The notes under the pieces: generated by a model
Seen by the model: only the letters and a program-made list of their open reading frames with translations
What the model was told of the DNA's origin: nothing
The model's database searches: none
Position numbers and translations under genes: made by a program
Part shown: positions 10,197 to 19,582 of the stretch, piece by piece
How positions within the stretch are numbered: position 1 is the first letter of the stretch
How the letters are laid out: each line of letters opens with the position of its first letter
Source of the DNA: a virus
Virus record (IMG/VR): IMGVR_UViG_3300047508_000198
Location: 20,945 to 84,944 of that record
Strand: one strand, 5' to 3'
Length of the DNA: 64,000 bases

Positions 10197-10969
10197 CCAG
10201 CCTCATCCCACAGCGTGCAGCCCGGCCCGTTGTGGTCCGCCTTGCAGTCCCGGGAATGGAACTTGGGCCGGTCGGCCGCGTAGTCGTGGTAGCCGTCGTA
10301 CCAGGCGTCCGGCTCGTGGCGGAAGTCGGCGCGGTCCAGGGCCGAGTTGGCGCCGCCACCCTGCGAGGCCTTCCAGCCACGGTTGTAGTGGCCGGTGTAC
10401 TCCGGATCGCCCGCGGCCTCGTGGCGGATCCGGGCTAGCACCGCCGGGTGGCGGCCGGAGACCATGATCGCCAGGTGCCGGACGTAGGCGTCCTCCGGCA
10501 GCTCATCGCCCGCGATGGTGCGGTAGAGGCGGGCTGACTTCTTCTTTGCGAATGGCGGGGCTTCGCCTTCCCCTTCTTCCTCGCCTTCCTCCTCTTCCCC
10601 GGGAGGCGCGCCCTCTTCTTCTTCCCCTGCCTCTTCGTCGCCGAATGGCGGCCCACCCTCGTCCTCCTCGCCCGGCGGCATGCCCTCGTCCTCCATGCCA
10701 GGTGGCAGTCCGCCTTCTTCCATCCCGGGTGGTGGCATAGCGCCCATGTCGGGGCCGACATCGGTGGGCGCGCCCATGCCCGGAGCCTGGGGCATACCCG
10801 GGAACGCGGGCTGGACCCGGACGATGAAGGACTGGCCGCAGAAGGCGCAGTCGATGCCGCCGTCACTGCGCCCGGTGATCTGCCCGCTGCCGCAGAACGG
10901 GCAGTGCGAGCACAGGACCGGATCGCCCGGGTCGTGCGCGACCTTGATGAACCGGGAATCGAGCTGCAT
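10193..10969 (-). CDS. Zinc-ribbon protein with acidic/Pro-rich linker, probable head-associated
   Basis: ATG 10969 with AAGGAGG; CPFCGSGQITGRSDGGIDCAFCG; overlaps portal start by 4 nt. Confidence 0.7.
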   Translation of the reverse strand: MQLDSRFIKVAHDPGDPVLCSHCPFCGSGQITGRSDGGIDCAFCGQSFIVRVQPAFPGMPQAPGMGAPTDVGPDMGAMPPPGMEEGGLPPGMEDEGMPPGEEDEGGPPFGDEEAGEEEEGAPPGEEEEGEEEGEGEAPPFAKKKSARLYRTIAGDELPEDAYVRHLAIMVSGRHPAVLARIRHEAAGDPEYTGHYNRGWKASQGGGANSALDRADFRHEPDAWYDGYHDYAADRPKFHSRDCKADHNGPGCTLWDEAG

Positions 10970-11003
10970 GCGGCTGCGCCTCCTTCCCTCCTTCCCGGGT
11001 CGG

Positions 11004-11033
11004 TTGGCAGATACCAAGGTTCATTGATATTGT
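11004..11033 (+). promoter_or_regulatory. Early promoter with degenerate palindromic operator
   Basis: TTGGCA...TATTGT enclosing TACCAA-GGTTCA-TTGATA; ATG 7 nt after the -10 (leaderless). Confidence 0.65.
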
Positions 11034-11040
11034 CTCCCTC

Positions 11041-11286
11041 ATGATGATGCTCCGCAGGGCCCGCCGGGCCGTGTACCGGATCTGGTGGCGGCACCTGCCG
11101 TGGTCCCTGCCGGTGAGCCGGGCGATGGCCCCGATGCTCCTCGCGTTCGTCCCGATCCTGATCCGGGAGAGCGCGCTGGCCGGGTTCATCGCAGCCATGG
11201 GGTCGATCGCCTGCTCATTCTGGTCGATATGGTCCGGTTTCGCCCGCAACCACGCCAAGACGGGCTGGTTCCCCTGGAAGCCGTAG
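11041..11286 (+). CDS. Small membrane protein
   Basis: Two hydrophobic stretches; directly follows promoter. Confidence 0.55.
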   Translation: MMMLRRARRAVYRIWWRHLPWSLPVSRAMAPMLLAFVPILIRESALAGFIAAMGSIACSFWSIWSGFARNHAKTGWFPWKP

Positions 11287-11296
11287 CCCAGCCGAT

Positions 11297-11325
11297 TTTG
11301 CGTTATCAAGGTTTATTGATATAGT
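11297..11325 (+). promoter_or_regulatory. Early promoter with operator TATCAA-GGTTTA-TTGATA
   Basis: Operator 11304-11321; -10 TATAGT. Confidence 0.75.
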
Positions 11326-11357
11326 GATCCTGTACGCACCGACGAGCAGGAGCACCG

Positions 11358-11735
11358 ATGGACACCAGGACCGAACCCCTCACCCACGCCGAGCTGGCCG
11401 CGGCCTATGCCGAGTTCTACCGCGAGATGTGGATGCGCAGCGCAATGGTCTACGGGGCGCTGGACGTGCGCTATACCCACGCGGCCTTCCTCGTCTACGA
11501 CGAGGCCCGCGCCGAGGCCGAGCTGGAGGAGACCTACGAGATCGCCGACGTGATCGAGCAGGTCGTCTTCGCGAGCAAGCCCGTCGGCCACTGGTGGACG
11601 ATCAGCGCGGTCGCGCGCAAGGGCCACCTCGACCCGCGCAAGACCGCCCGGGTGCTGACCTGGATGGTCGAGAACAAGTTCGCCATCGACAACGGCCGCG
11701 GCGGCTGCTGGATCAACTTCGGGCGGCGGTCATGA
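11358..11735 (+). CDS. Hypothetical protein, possible C-terminal winged helix
   Basis: AGGAG RBS; WTISAVARKGHLDPRKTARVLTWMVE. Confidence 0.7.
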   Translation: MDTRTEPLTHAELAAAYAEFYREMWMRSAMVYGALDVRYTHAAFLVYDEARAEAELEETYEIADVIEQVVFASKPVGHWWTISAVARKGHLDPRKTARVLTWMVENKFAIDNGRGGCWINFGRRS

Positions 11736-12076
11736 CCGAGCAAGTGCGGTTCGTCCCCGACGGCGGGAAGCCCCGCAGGCGGAAGCCCGCCCCGAAGCCC
11801 GCCACCGTCCTGGGCCGGGATATCCAGCCGGGTCAGGTCGTCAAGGTCCACGGCCGCTGGCTGCGCATCGTGAGCTGGGCCGACGACGGGTTCCCGATGC
11901 GGTTCGCCATCGTCGCCCCGCACCAGATCGACCCGCGGCTGACCACCAGCGTCACCGGCCGGTGGCGGCTGATCCACGCCGAAGACGACTACCCGACCCG
12001 CGACGAGCCCGCTCCCGTCTGGGAGCACGTGACCAGGCAGATCGAGCGCGAGCGAGCTGAAGGACTGAGGGACTGA
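11732..12076 (+). CDS. Hypothetical protein
   Basis: MTEQVRF start in ATGA overlap; DIQPGQVVKVHGRWLRIV SH3-like stretch. Confidence 0.6.
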   Translation: MTEQVRFVPDGGKPRRRKPAPKPATVLGRDIQPGQVVKVHGRWLRIVSWADDGFPMRFAIVAPHQIDPRLTTSVTGRWRLIHAEDDYPTRDEPAPVWEHVTRQIERERAEGLRD

Positions 12077-12077
12077 G

Positions 12078-12281
12078 ATGAAGCAGCTGTTCCAGATCAC
12101 CGTGGCCGATGAGCAGGGTGTCGTGATCGACACCGGCTGGGTCTTCATGGAGGTCCCGCTGGTGCCCGCAGGCGCCACCCAGGACCTGCCCCTCGCCGGG
12201 GCGGCGCTGTTCGACGCCGTGATCACCCACGGCATCGACCAGGGCATCGAGGCCGACCCCGAGGAGGCGAGACGCGCATGA
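12078..12281 (+). CDS. Hypothetical protein
   Basis: Operon packing, RBS. Confidence 0.6.
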   Translation: MKQLFQITVADEQGVVIDTGWVFMEVPLVPAGATQDLPLAGAALFDAVITHGIDQGIEADPEEARRA

Positions 12282-12493
12282 GCGACGCCGGGCTGAACGA
12301 CAAGGTGAGCTTCCGCGCCATGCGGGACCCGCTGAACGGCGACGAAACCCTGATCACGGTCGAGGGCATCGTGGTCCGGGAGCGCTGGGGCCACCGGGCC
12401 GACCACTTCACCATCCGCACCCTGGAGCACCCGCCCCGGACCTTCGTGCGGCTGGCCAGTGCCATCGAGGTCATCGCGAAGGCACCGCTATGA
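12278..12493 (+). CDS. Hypothetical protein
   Basis: ATGA overlaps on both sides. Confidence 0.6.
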   Translation: MSDAGLNDKVSFRAMRDPLNGDETLITVEGIVVRERWGHRADHFTIRTLEHPPRTFVRLASAIEVIAKAPL

Positions 12494-12762
12494 GCGGCTC
12501 AGCGACAAAGGCCGAGCGCGGCAAGACGCAGATCGAGGTCACCACCGAGACGCGACGCGACCTGCGGCTGCTGGCCGCGCTGACCGACCAGGGCATGGCC
12601 GAGGCTGCCGCCGACGCCATCAGCGCGGCCCTGGAGAGGGCCCAGGGCGGCCCCGTGGCCGAGTCCATCCTCCTGGTCCTGGCGGCCGTGATCCTGCGCA
12701 AGCACTCGTACGGCCGGTTCGCCGACCAGGTGGACGCCATCGCGGAAGGAATCAAGTCATGA
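12490..12762 (+). CDS. Hypothetical protein, possible ribbon-helix-helix N-terminus
   Basis: KTQIEVTTETRRDLRLLAA; ATGA overlaps. Confidence 0.55.
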   Translation: MSGSATKAERGKTQIEVTTETRRDLRLLAALTDQGMAEAAADAISAALERAQGGPVAESILLVLAAVILRKHSYGRFADQVDAIAEGIKS

Positions 12763-13268
12763 GCAGCACCGCGGCCAAGAACCGGCGGCGTAAAGGCGGG
12801 TTCACGCCGCCGCGCGAGTGGATCCCGATGACCCGGGGCGAGCTGATCGTCGACCCGCAGATGCAGGAGATCGCCGCGCAGAACCCCGACGTCGCCGAAG
12901 TGCTGGATGACGTCAACGAGATCTGGATCAACAACCAGTACGTGGTCACCGTCCGGCGCTTCTCCGAGGGCAAGCCGGACGTCATGTCGCTGTCCATCCG
13001 GCGGATCGACCGCAAGCCCATCGACAACTGGCGGCACAAGCAGCGGATCAAGAACGAGATCGCCGGCGAGGACGTCGATGCCTTCGAGCTGTACCCGATG
13101 AAGAAGCGCACCGTCGACACGGCCAACCAGTACTGGATCTGGTGCATGCGGCCCGGCGTCGAGCTGCCCATGGGCTTCACCGAGCGGGCGGTCAACGGGG
13201 ATAATGACCCGCGATTCCCCATGTCGCGGCAGCAGCCATTCGCCAGGGGTGAGAGGGAGGCCATCTGA
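12759..13268 (+). CDS. Conserved phage hypothetical protein
   Basis: LSIRRIDRKPIDNWRHKQRIKNEIAGE..ELYP..VDTANQYWIW, a motif set I recognise from phage proteins of unknown function. Confidence 0.7.
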   Translation: MSSTAAKNRRRKGGFTPPREWIPMTRGELIVDPQMQEIAAQNPDVAEVLDDVNEIWINNQYVVTVRRFSEGKPDVMSLSIRRIDRKPIDNWRHKQRIKNEIAGEDVDAFELYPMKKRTVDTANQYWIWCMRPGVELPMGFTERAVNGDNDPRFPMSRQQPFARGEREAI

Positions 13269-13756
13269 TGAACGACACCGCGGCACTGGTGTACATGATC
13301 TTGTGGCTGGCCGCCGTCGTCACGCTGGGCTTCGGCTGCCTCCTGCTGATGGTCAGCCTGGTCCTGTTCGATAAGCCCGCCGGGCAGCTGAGCACCCGGG
13401 AGGTCCTCGTGCCGCTGTGGTGCCTGCTGGCCGGGCCCCGGCAGCAGGACCGGCTGCGGGCCATCCTGGCGCGGCGGGCCGCGGGGCAGGCGCTGGCCAG
13501 CGGCACCCTCCGCGACGTCGCCCGGCACCGGGTCAGCGCGCCGCCGCGGCGTGACCGGGCTGAGACGTGCCGGGACTGCGGCGCCACCCGGGTCCGCTTC
13601 ATCCCGCCGTACCACCCGGGGATGGGCCCCGGCTTCTGGGGATTCATGCCGATGGAGGTCGTCACCGAACGAGACGCCGACTGTCGCTGCCCCCGGCACG
13701 CGCACCGCTTCCCCGATTTGCCGTTATCAATAAACCTTGATATCCTGGGGTCATGA
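13268..13756 (+). CDS. Membrane-anchored protein with Cys motifs
   Basis: N-terminal TM segment; CRDC and CRCPRH. Confidence 0.55.
   Translation: MNDTAALVYMILWLAAVVTLGFGCLLLMVSLVLFDKPAGQLSTREVLVPLWCLLAGPRQQDRLRAILARRAAGQALASGTLRDVARHRVSAPPRRDRAETCRDCGATRVRFIPPYHPGMGPGFWGFMPMEVVTERDADCRCPRHAHRFPDLPLSINLDILGS
13718..13746 (+). promoter_or_regulatory. Early promoter with operator in inverted core orientation
   Basis: TTGCCG-17 bp-TATCCT; operator TATCAA-TAAACC-TTGATA; ATG at 13753. Confidence 0.8.
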
Positions 13757-14688
13757 GCACGAGCACCCAGGAGCAGACAGTGAGCACCGAGACGATCAAC
13801 CCCGTCGACTTCGACAACCAGCTGATGGCCCTGCACGAGAAGGCCGGCCAGGTCCAGGCCCGGCTGACCGGCAACCGCGACTTCCAGCACATCGCGGTCG
13901 GCGACCGCAAGAGCTACGTCGGCAAGGCGCACCTGTGGCGCCGCACCGCGGCCGAGGTCCTGGAGAGCCTGCAGATCATGGCCAAGCACGGCCAGGACCT
14001 GCCCGCGAGCATCAGCCGCGGCGGCCAGCTGACCGCCCGCAAGCTGCTCGACCAGGAGAACGACCTGATGGTCGAGCTGTCCGGAATCATGCTGGCCATC
14101 TCGAAGATGGATGCGACCTACGCCCTGCCGGAGAACCGCTGGAACCGCTACTTCCGCTGCATGAACAGCGACGGCCACATCCACAGCTCGCTCCGCGGCT
14201 GCCAGACCGTGAACTACTCCACCGCGATGAGCTGGAACACCCACCTGTCCGGCCAGCCGGTCGAGGCGGCCATCGCCGACATCGGCCCGACGCTGTGCAG
14301 CGTCTGCTACCCGGGCGCGCCGGTCGAGTGGCGGCAGAGGAAGTCCGACGTCGAGCGCGCCGCCCGCGAGGCCGCCAAGGCCGCCCGCGAGGAGGCCAAG
14401 TTCGTCAAGCGGCTGCGCGATGACGAGCTGTTCCGCTGCGACCACAGCTTCGTCGAGACCGTGGCCGCGTGCCTGGAGGTGCTGCGCAAGGAAGTCGAGT
14501 TCCGCGACTACTACGGCCGCGGCGAGCACCCCTTCCACCGCGAGTACTGGGAGGCCGCCCACCTGGCCAAGGCCGTCCTGATCGCCCGCGAGGAGCGCCA
14601 GCCCGGCACCGGCCGCACCGCCGAGCAGATCGACAAGACCATCGACAGCGCCATCAAGAAGAACCGCAAGGAAGGAGCACGGATATGA
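13753..14688 (+). CDS. Hypothetical protein with H/C metal-binding motif
   Basis: 311 aa; GHIHSSLRGCQT...LCSVCYPGAP. Confidence 0.75.
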   Translation: MSTSTQEQTVSTETINPVDFDNQLMALHEKAGQVQARLTGNRDFQHIAVGDRKSYVGKAHLWRRTAAEVLESLQIMAKHGQDLPASISRGGQLTARKLLDQENDLMVELSGIMLAISKMDATYALPENRWNRYFRCMNSDGHIHSSLRGCQTVNYSTAMSWNTHLSGQPVEAAIADIGPTLCSVCYPGAPVEWRQRKSDVERAAREAAKAAREEAKFVKRLRDDELFRCDHSFVETVAACLEVLRKEVEFRDYYGRGEHPFHREYWEAAHLAKAVLIAREERQPGTGRTAEQIDKTIDSAIKKNRKEGARI

Positions 14689-14990
14689 CAGCGACCCTCG
14701 TCGGGCCGAAGGCCACGACCCCCGGGGCGGAGGCCCTGGTGGACCTGACCAGGGGGCAGGGGTCGAGGGGCGAGCGTCTTCCGGTGATGCCGCGGGGAAA
14801 CAGGCCCGTAGCGCTGCCCTCCCTCCCGGAGGGCCACCGGCTGTTCGCCGGCTACGACCAGGGCCTGGGGGAGCAGCTGGTCCTGATCGAGACCCTGGAG
14901 GACGCCCAGGAGCTGTGGGACCGGCAGGACTACATGCTGGAATCGCCCATCTGGTACTCCGCCCCGGTCCTATTCGCCCAGGACAACTGA
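14685..14990 (+). CDS. Hypothetical protein
   Basis: AAGGAG RBS; ATGA overlap. Confidence 0.6.
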   Translation: MTATLVGPKATTPGAEALVDLTRGQGSRGERLPVMPRGNRPVALPSLPEGHRLFAGYDQGLGEQLVLIETLEDAQELWDRQDYMLESPIWYSAPVLFAQDN

Positions 14991-15154
14991 TGCCGTTCAG
15001 GCTGCCCCGGGAGTGCCCGACCTGCGGCCTCTCGATGGCCGTGCAAGGCGACGGGACGCTGTACCCGCACAGCCGCTATGTCACGGGCGGCGGCCCGCTA
15101 CCGGACCAGGACCACACGATGGTGCCCTGCGAGGGCGAGACAGAAGGAGAGTGA
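14990..15154 (+). CDS. Small Zn-finger protein
   Basis: CPTCG..LYPH..C; TGATG coupling. Confidence 0.55.
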   Translation: MPFRLPRECPTCGLSMAVQGDGTLYPHSRYVTGGGPLPDQDHTMVPCEGETEGE

Positions 15155-15158
15155 CCAG

Positions 15159-15476
15159 ATGAGGACGATTACCATCCAGGCCGACGGCGGGCCCGGCGGC
15201 AACGACGAGGTGATGAAGGCCGCGCTGCTGTTCATCGTGACCAGCATCCCGGTCGGCGGGAAGGGGTTCAAGTTCGACGGCGACCTGGACGACGGGACCA
15301 TCGTCAACCACCGCCACCAGGGCGACTGGGTGGTCAGCTTCCGGCCCATCGCGAGAGACCGCACCCGCCGCCATCACTACACCAACCCGTACCTGGTGGT
15401 CGAGGCGATCATCACGCGCCGGCACGTCGTCCGGAGCACGGACCAGGACGAGGCCGCCGAGCCGCTGGCCGGCTGA
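15159..15476 (+). CDS. Hypothetical protein
   Basis: AAGGAG RBS before MRTITIQ. Confidence 0.6.
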   Translation: MRTITIQADGGPGGNDEVMKAALLFIVTSIPVGGKGFKFDGDLDDGTIVNHRHQGDWVVSFRPIARDRTRRHHYTNPYLVVEAIITRRHVVRSTDQDEAAEPLAG

Positions 15477-15485
15477 GCGGAGACC

Positions 15486-15520
15486 GCAGCGGCGGCCCGG
15501 ATCGGGCCGCCGCTGCTGCG
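15486..15520 (+). terminator. GC-rich hairpin, probable terminator
   Basis: GCAGCGGCGGCCCG-GAT-CGGGCCGCCGCTGC between operon end and next promoter. Confidence 0.6.
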
Positions 15521-15553
15521 TATCTGGACTAAGGTACATTGAGCATCCCCGAT

Positions 15554-15582
15554 TTGGCATTATCAAGGTTTATTGATATCCT
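15554..15582 (+). promoter_or_regulatory. Early promoter with operator
   Basis: TTGGCA-17 bp-TATCCT; operator 15561-15578. Confidence 0.8.
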
Positions 15583-15612
15583 GGGGGAAGACACCGACGA
15601 GAGGAAGCACCG

Positions 15613-16227
15613 ATGGACCCCCAGGGCCTTACCCCGCAGACCACGTTCCAGGGCACCTGCCCCGAGTGCGGACGGCCAGCCAGCTACCACCCGCTGCCCG
15701 GCGGCTACGCGCCCCGGTCGGCGTTCCTGAACGTCACCTGCCGCGACTGCGGCAGCACGGTCAGGCTGACCGCCACCGCGTGCACCGTCTGCCATGTGCA
15801 GGCCCTGCTGAAGGGCTCCGAGTTCTTCGCGGCCCGCGGCCTGGACTGGCCGATGACCGCGGTCCTGACCCCGGCTGGCGGCGCCGTCCGGGTGCACAAG
15901 GCCTGCGCGAGCGAAGCTGAGTCAGCCGTCCGGCACGCCGACGACCTGGACATCGACGTGGCCGGCATCGGCCGCTGGACCACCAACGACCAGGTGATCC
16001 CGGACGACAGCGCCGCGATGCTCATCGCGCTCGGCCTGGCCCAGGGCCTGGACCTCGGCGCCACCGCCGCCGCCCGTGACACCGAGACCCGCAAGTTCCT
16101 CGCGGCCTACCGCGAGCGCATGGCCGGTCACGTGCCAGATGACGAGGAGCTGGCCGAGATGCGCGCCGCCTTCGGCCCCGGCGCCACCGTCGTGAACGCC
16201 ATCACCGGACAGGAGACCCAGCTATGA
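15613..16227 (+). CDS. Cys-rich hypothetical protein
   Basis: CPEC, CRDC, CTVC; C-terminal EMRAAFGPGATVVNAITG. Confidence 0.7.
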   Translation: MDPQGLTPQTTFQGTCPECGRPASYHPLPGGYAPRSAFLNVTCRDCGSTVRLTATACTVCHVQALLKGSEFFAARGLDWPMTAVLTPAGGAVRVHKACASEAESAVRHADDLDIDVAGIGRWTTNDQVIPDDSAAMLIALGLAQGLDLGATAAARDTETRKFLAAYRERMAGHVPDDEELAEMRAAFGPGATVVNAITGQETQL

Positions 16228-16601
16228 ACGACCCACACGACAACCGCGAGGCCGACGACGCGATCCTGCGGCGGCTGCAGGCCACCGAGGCCGAGCACGT
16301 CCGGCTGACCGCCGACGGCGAGCCCGACGGGTGCTTCTTCATCCCGGCCAAGCCGTGGAAGGACACCGGCAAGTGGGTGCCCAGCTGGGTCCGGCGTAAC
16401 CAGCCCGGCCACACCCCGTTCGCGGGCAACGGCCCCTGCGCCGAGCCCTGGTACTGGGGCAGAAGCTACCAAGAGGCCCAGGAGACCGCCACCCGGGAGA
16501 ACGCCAAGCTGGGCATCAGCCCGGTGCAGGCTGCCGCGATCATCCTGTCCAGCGTCCGGGCCTCCCGGCACGTCGGTACCGAAGCGGACTTCACCTCATG
16601 A
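16224..16601 (+). CDS. Hypothetical protein
   Basis: ATGA overlaps; AGGAG RBS. Confidence 0.65.
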   Translation: MNDPHDNREADDAILRRLQATEAEHVRLTADGEPDGCFFIPAKPWKDTGKWVPSWVRRNQPGHTPFAGNGPCAEPWYWGRSYQEAQETATRENAKLGISPVQAAAIILSSVRASRHVGTEADFTS

Positions 16602-17254
16602 CCGGCGAGCACCGGCCCGACAGCCCGCTGTGCCGGTACTGCTGGCGGCACATCTTCATCGAGGGCCTGGGCCGGCACTCCGGCCAGTGGATCCTGGTCA
16701 TGAAGGAGTACGACCACACCGAGTGCTGCGACGCCCGCGGCGACGGGGCCGTGCTGTCCACCCTGCCGCACGTGCCTTGCGAGGTGCAGGCCGTCACCAT
16801 CGAGCGGCTGATCGAGCTGGCCGCCCGGGAGATCAGCGTGCCGGGCAGCTTCCGGGACACCGACATGGCCCATGACGCCGCGCTGGTCTGGCTGATCACC
16901 GCGGCGGCCGGACTGAGCCGCGAGGACGAGGACTACGTGTTCGCGGCGATCATGCGGGCCGCCTACGACACCCGCGGCCGGGACTTCCAGAAGGCCGCCT
17001 ACCGGTACCGGGCGCTGGATCCCTGGGACCAGTACTGGCAGGCGCGCAAGCGCCAGCTGGCGCTGGACCGGGACCTCCCGCCGGTCATTACCCGGCAGGA
17101 GTCCGACGCGCGCATGACGGCCTGGGTGGCCGCCGGGCGCCTCGGCCACGAGTTCACCCGGCCGGGCGAGACGCTGTGCCGCATCTGCGGCAGCCGCATA
17201 GACGGCATCCAGCACAATGAGGAAAGGTGGCCCCGCGATGGCCAGCCCCGTTAG
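16598..17254 (+). CDS. Hypothetical protein
   Basis: ATGA overlap; Cys/His motifs at both ends. Confidence 0.6.
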   Translation: MTGEHRPDSPLCRYCWRHIFIEGLGRHSGQWILVMKEYDHTECCDARGDGAVLSTLPHVPCEVQAVTIERLIELAAREISVPGSFRDTDMAHDAALVWLITAAAGLSREDEDYVFAAIMRAAYDTRGRDFQKAAYRYRALDPWDQYWQARKRQLALDRDLPPVITRQESDARMTAWVAAGRLGHEFTRPGETLCRICGSRIDGIQHNEERWPRDGQPR

Positions 17255-17465
17255 CCGCACCCCGCTGACCGGGCAGCCGCTGGAGCAGCCCGACCCGCCG
17301 CCGCTGCGGGTAAACGCGGTTTTCGACAAGGACCAGCCCTGCACCGAGCACCATGCCCCGTTCACCGGGGACATCCCCTGCACGGGCGTGCTGCGGTGCA
17401 CGCTGTGCCTGACCGAGTGGGACCCGGACACCGGGCGCCTGCTGCCGCCCAGGAGGGCCGTGTGA
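17238..17465 (+). CDS. Small Cys-containing protein
   Basis: HHAPFTGDIPCTGVLRCTLC. Confidence 0.55.
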   Translation: MASPVSRTPLTGQPLEQPDPPPLRVNAVFDKDQPCTEHHAPFTGDIPCTGVLRCTLCLTEWDPDTGRLLPPRRAV

Positions 17466-17752
17466 TGCCGACCGGACCCGAGCACTACGCCCTGTCCGAG
17501 GGGCACCTGGCGCAGGCCCGCGAGCACCACGACGTCCGCCCGGAGGAATCAGCCTGGCACCAGCGCCAAGCCGCGGTGCACGCCGAGCTGGCCCTGGTCG
17601 CCTGGCACGCCGCGGGCATCTTCGACCGCTCCGGCTGGATGAAGGCCACCATCACCGTGCCCGCGGATCCCGGGCCAGAGGGACCGCCGAGGGTCCACGA
17701 CATCCACGGCGGGCCCGGGGAAGACTGCTGGTGCGGCTATGTCGGCCACTGA
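17465..17752 (+). CDS. Hypothetical protein
   Basis: AGGAGG RBS; MPTGPEHY start. Confidence 0.6.
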   Translation: MPTGPEHYALSEGHLAQAREHHDVRPEESAWHQRQAAVHAELALVAWHAAGIFDRSGWMKATITVPADPGPEGPPRVHDIHGGPGEDCWCGYVGH

Positions 17753-17761
17753 AGGACGGCC

Positions 17762-18025
17762 ATGAGGCCGGCCCAGCCGCCCTTCCTCGGCGGCGACAAG
17801 GCCGAGGTGGTCGAGCACGACCCGGCCACCCGGCGGCCGGTAGCGGGCGGCAAGGTCATCCCGGTGACCGTCGTCGACCTGACCGACGGCGACTTCACCT
17901 GGCTGTTCATCCGGGTCCGGATGCCGGACGGCGGGCACGCCGTGTTCTGGCGGAACTCGCGCTTCCTGCGCTGGCCGCAGATCGAATGCCGGTGGCGGCT
18001 GGAGGCGGTCAGCGATGCCAGCTGA
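17762..18025 (+). CDS. Hypothetical protein
   Basis: Operon packing. Confidence 0.55.
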   Translation: MRPAQPPFLGGDKAEVVEHDPATRRPVAGGKVIPVTVVDLTDGDFTWLFIRVRMPDGGHAVFWRNSRFLRWPQIECRWRLEAVSDAS

Positions 18026-18302
18026 GCCGGACCTGAGCGCCATCCGGGAGGCGCTGGCCATGGCCGGCTACCACAACGGCCGGGTCCAGTCCTCCGCCAT
18101 GCAGGCCACGATCTTGCTGAGCGCCTACGAGGGGACGATCGCCGACGACGAGGTGCCGCTGTGCCCGCCCGGCGACCCGGCCTGGTTCCAGCAGGCCGTC
18201 ACCGTCCTTGAACAGGCTGACCAGGAATGCGCCCGGCTCAAGGTGCAGCTCCTCACCGCCCAGCTCCGGATCCTCCAGCTGATGCTCGCGGGCAAGCCCG
18301 AT

Positions 18303-18331
18303 TTGGAGTTATCAAGGTTTATTGATATTCT
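18303..18331 (+). promoter_or_regulatory. Early promoter with operator, inside an open frame
   Basis: TTGGAG-17 bp-TATTCT; operator 18310-18327. Confidence 0.8.
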
Positions 18332-18365
18332 GGTGCCAGACACCGAGACACACCAGGAGACACCG

Positions 18366-19097
18366 ATGACCACAGGACCCGCCCCCAAGCTGCTCGACCG
18401 GGTACGCAAGCTGCTCGCCAAGGCCGAGGCCGAGGGCGTCACCCCGCCGGAGGCCGAGGCCCTGACCGCCAAGGCGGCCGAGCTGATGGCCCGCTACGGC
18501 ATCGACCGGGCCCGCCTCGGCGCACACTCGCAGCAGGACCGGCCCGGCAACCGGATCATCGACATCGACAACCCGTGGGCCCAGGTCCGCGCCCACCTGC
18601 TGGCCGGCCTGGCCGGGGCGATGAACTGCCAGTGCGTGCTGCTGAGCACGAGCAAGCCCGGCGCCCGGATCCACGTCTTCGGCTACGCCTCCGACCTGGA
18701 GCGCGCCGACATCATGTACACCTCGCTGCTGCTCCAGATGGCCAGCGCGCTGCGCAAGACGGCCGTCCCGATTGGCGTCCGCAGCGTCCGGGCCTGGCGC
18801 CGGAGCTTCCTGCTCGGCTTCGTCACCGCGGTCATCCTCCGGGTCAAGTCAGCCGAGGAACGCGCCCGCGGCGTGGCCAAGACCGAGGACTACGGCAAGG
18901 ACGGGCCGAGCACCGCGCTGGTGCTGGCCGACCGCGCCGTGGTCATCCGCACCCAGCTGCAGCAGGCCTACCCGACCACCCGGCGAACCCGGATCACCTA
19001 CTCCGGCCGCGGCTACAGCTCCGGCTACGCCCAGGGCCAGCGGGCCGACATCGGCCAGTCCGGGCTGAAGTCCACGCGGGCCCTGGGCCGGGGCTGA
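18366..19097 (+). CDS. DUF2786-like protein (frame also open from 18015)
   Basis: LLDRVRKLLAKAE...EAEALTAKAAELMARYGID, WRRSFLLGF, GYAQGQRADI; own AGGAG RBS and promoter. Confidence 0.8.
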   Translation: MTTGPAPKLLDRVRKLLAKAEAEGVTPPEAEALTAKAAELMARYGIDRARLGAHSQQDRPGNRIIDIDNPWAQVRAHLLAGLAGAMNCQCVLLSTSKPGARIHVFGYASDLERADIMYTSLLLQMASALRKTAVPIGVRSVRAWRRSFLLGFVTAVILRVKSAEERARGVAKTEDYGKDGPSTALVLADRAVVIRTQLQQAYPTTRRTRITYSGRGYSSGYAQGQRADIGQSGLKSTRALGRG

Positions 19098-19098
19098 G

Positions 19099-19395
19099 AT
19101 GGCCGTCCAGGAGCTAAACGCGGCCCAGCTACGCGAGCGCATCGTGCGGGAGAACCCGCACGAGCATGACATCGTGCTGGAGATCATCAACAAGTGGCTG
19201 GGCCGCGGTGACGGCATCGCCGTCTACGTGAACGATCACCCCGGCGCCACGCTGCACGGCGAGAGCATGTACGTCTCGTACGGGTCCGACCAGGCCATCC
19301 TGACGGCCAGCGAGGCGCCCGAGCGGCTCGTCCCCGATTCCCGCTACGAGCTAGTCGCCACCTACCGCGGCGAGCCCCTGAAGGAGGAGCCATGA
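19099..19395 (+). CDS. Hypothetical protein
   Basis: INKWLGRGDGIAVYVN; operon packing. Confidence 0.65.
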   Translation: MAVQELNAAQLRERIVRENPHEHDIVLEIINKWLGRGDGIAVYVNDHPGATLHGESMYVSYGSDQAILTASEAPERLVPDSRYELVATYRGEPLKEEP

Positions 19396-19574
19396 AGCCG
19401 CCCGCCCGGCGCTGGGATCCGGTCCTGGCGATGAGCGGCGCGCCGGACGCGGCCGTCGTGCAGGGACCGTGCCCGGATCACGGCCACGTCCTCGTGCAGT
19501 ACTGCGAGGTCTTCACCCAGGACCTGCAGCCCGGCCTCGTGGGCGTCTTCCAGCTGATCGTCAGCATGAACTGA
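19392..19574 (+). CDS. Hypothetical protein
   Basis: AAGGAGG RBS; ATGA overlap. Confidence 0.5.
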   Translation: MKPPARRWDPVLAMSGAPDAAVVQGPCPDHGHVLVQYCEVFTQDLQPGLVGVFQLIVSMN

Positions 19575-19582
19575 GGGATGAC

